Origin: an uncultured Prolixibacteraceae bacterium | GTDB lineage: Bacteria > Bacteroidota > Bacteroidia > Bacteroidales > FEN-979 | Assembly: GCA_964355115.1 (NCBI GenBank) | Contig: CAYHCQ010000003.1 | Span: 1 to 42,644 of the forward strand | Length of the DNA: 42,644 bases | Reading direction: 5' to 3' | In this document: positions 41,242 to 42,644 of the stretch, piece by piece | How positions within the stretch are numbered: position 1 is the first letter of the stretch | Layout of the letters: each line of letters opens with the position of its first letter | Made by a program: the position numbers and the translations under genes | The notes under the pieces: generated by a model | Seen by the model: only the letters and a program-made list of their open reading frames with translations | Database searches by the model: none | Told to the model about the DNA's origin: nothing

Positions 41242-41916
41242 TTAGTTGTCTTTTTTAGACCGCACAAGGATCTCGTCAATCATTCCGTACTCCTTGGCCT
41301 CAGCACTGGTCATCCAGTAGTCGCGGTCGGCATCCCTGAGTATCCTCTTGTAAGGCTGACCCGAATGGTTTGCGATGATCTCATAAAGCTCCTTCTTCAG
41401 CTTTTGTATCTCACGTGCAGTGATGTCGATGTCGGAAGCCTGGCCCTCGGCGCTGCCCATGGGCTGATGGATAAGAACGCGTGAATGCCTGAGCGCCGTG
41501 CGTTTGCCCTTGGCACCTGCACAGAGCAGAATGGCTCCCATGGAGGCGGCCATGCCGGTACATATGGTGGCTACCTCAGGGTTGATGTACTGCATGGTGT
41601 CGTAAATCCCGAGACCTGCATAAACCGATCCGCCCGGCGTGTTCAGGTAGATCTGGATATCTTTGCGCGAATCGACCGATTCGAGGAAAAGAAGCTGAGC
41701 CTGGATAATGTTGGCTACGTAATCATCGATGGGGACGCCGAGAAAGATAATCCGGTCCATCATCAGCCGTGAGAAGACATCCATGGTCGCAATGTTCAGC
41801 TGCCGCTCCTCGATGATGGTCGGGGAGATGTAGTTGGCCGAAATGGATTTATATTTTGCAAGGGTGAGACTGTTGATCCCTTTGTGCCCGATGGCATATT
41901 TTGAAAATTCGTCCAT
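41242..41916 (-). CDS. clpP: ATP-dependent Clp protease proteolytic subunit ClpP
   Basis: 224 aa with GMAASMGA (catalytic Ser) and VLIHQPMG. Confidence 0.95.
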   Translation of the reverse strand: MDEFSKYAIGHKGINSLTLAKYKSISANYISPTIIEERQLNIATMDVFSRLMMDRIIFLGVPIDDYVANIIQAQLLFLESVDSRKDIQIYLNTPGGSVYAGLGIYDTMQYINPEVATICTGMAASMGAILLCAGAKGKRTALRHSRVLIHQPMGSAEGQASDIDITAREIQKLKKELYEIIANHSGQPYKRILRDADRDYWMTSAEAKEYGMIDEILVRSKKDN

Positions 41917-41939
41917 AATGCAATGTTGTTGATCAATGA

Positions 41940-42644
41940 TTAATGTGTGTGGTCGTGATCTCCGTGATCGTGATCGTGATCATGTTCGTGATTGTGCTCA
42001 TGGTCATGCTCATGCTCATGATGATGCATAGATGATGCTAATTTAGCATATTCCTCGTAACTCACCTCTTTGGGAATGATCGTAAGCGTGCTTTTAAACA
42101 GATCCATCAGTTTCCCATTGTAGAGCTGATCATTGATTCGCTGAACCTGCTCTTTGTTCTGCATGAATGCATCCACAATCGATTCATAGCGTTTCTGCAT
42201 CTCTGAATCAATCTCGCCCATATTCATCTGGCGAAGCATGTAAGTGCGGATGTAGTTGCGTATATCTTCCTCAGAAACTGCGATTTCATGCTCGCGGATA
42301 AGCCTGTTTTCAATGAGCTGCCATTTCATCGACTCCCTGAAGGAATCGTAGTTCTTCTCAATCTCTTCAGCCGTGTATTTTCCTTCGTTATTTTCCAGCA
42401 GCCAGCGCTTCATAAACGCATCGGGAAGCTCAACTTCCGTGTTCTTTACAAGGGTTTCTGTGATCGTGTTGTAAAGCAGCTTATCGGTTTCTGCCGAGAA
42501 ACTGCCGGTTGCATCTTTCCTCACCTGCTCACGGAAATCTTCCTCCGTTTCGAGGTTCAAGCCTGGATATACCATGTTGAAGAATTCGGGGGTCATCTCT
42601 GCAGGTTCCATTTCGGGCTCTTTCTTTGCAGGAGTCTCAGCATC
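41940..42644 (-). CDS. tig: Trigger factor, C-terminal part (5' end outside window), with His-rich C-terminal tail
   Basis: The frame is open to the window edge (…DAETPAKKEPEMEPAEM…). It has C-terminal-domain-like sequence and tig-clpP-clpX synteny. The tail is HHHEHEHDHEHNHEHDHDHDHGDHDHTH. Confidence 0.8.
   Translation of the reverse strand, partial: DAETPAKKEPEMEPAEMTPEFFNMVYPGLNLETEEDFREQVRKDATGSFSAETDKLLYNTITETLVKNTEVELPDAFMKRWLLENNEGKYTAEEIEKNYDSFRESMKWQLIENRLIREHEIAVSEEDIRNYIRTYMLRQMNMGEIDSEMQKRYESIVDAFMQNKEQVQRINDQLYNGKLMDLFKSTLTIIPKEVSYEEYAKLASSMHHHEHEHDHEHNHEHDHDHDHGDHDHTH

Noticed and set aside
18061-42644. Search for defence islands, prophage, integrases, transposases or toxin-antitoxin pairs in the right-hand 24 kb
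   Set aside because: Every sizeable ORF has a housekeeping assignment, and the order matches widely conserved Bacteroidota synteny (tig-clpP-clpX, recF-DUF721, parA-parB-DUF5683-dapB-lepB, ftsK-lolA). I recognised no mobile or defence gene signatures.

Overview
This is a chromosomal segment of an anaerobic Bacteroidota-type bacterium. The phylum call is an inference from parA-parB-DUF5683-dapB-lepB synteny, a PorQ/T9SS gene, a long NusB, a DUF3276/PUR-like gene and TAnnTTTG-like promoter boxes.

The left ~18 kb is a dense hydrogen-metabolism island. It holds three separate minus-strand operons, each encoding a NuoE-like, a NuoF-like and an M3-type [FeFe]-hydrogenase subunit (HydC/HydB/HydA-type). 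The three differ in subunit architecture and in the H-cluster L1 motif: TSSCPSW, TSCCPGW and TSCSPGW. Two other units interrupt them. One is a plus-strand operon for a HydS-like ferredoxin/hydrogenase-like/4Cys/PAS sensor protein whose H-cluster cysteine set looks incomplete, followed by a SpoIIE/PP2C phosphatase. The other is a histidine kinase with a frameshifted OmpR-type response regulator. No hydE/F/G maturases, transposases, integrases, CRISPR arrays, tRNA or rRNA genes were seen.

The right ~24 kb is housekeeping: truA, split transketolase, lolA-like, ftsK, lepB, dapB, parAB, nusB, porQ, ispH, recF, an E2 acyltransferase, a GT2 fusion, clpXP and tig.

Four pieces of structure are not explained by the genes:
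- Short tandem repeat arrays (8-bp units twice, in opposite orientations, and 7-bp units once) fill three intercistronic spacers.
- A 35-bp tandem duplication copies the 3' end of the lolA-like gene.
- A 16-nt motif is shared by two hydrogenase promoter regions.
- Trigger factor carries a His-rich tail.

Both window edges cut genes (hydA at the left, tig at the right). The ORF track does not list either one.
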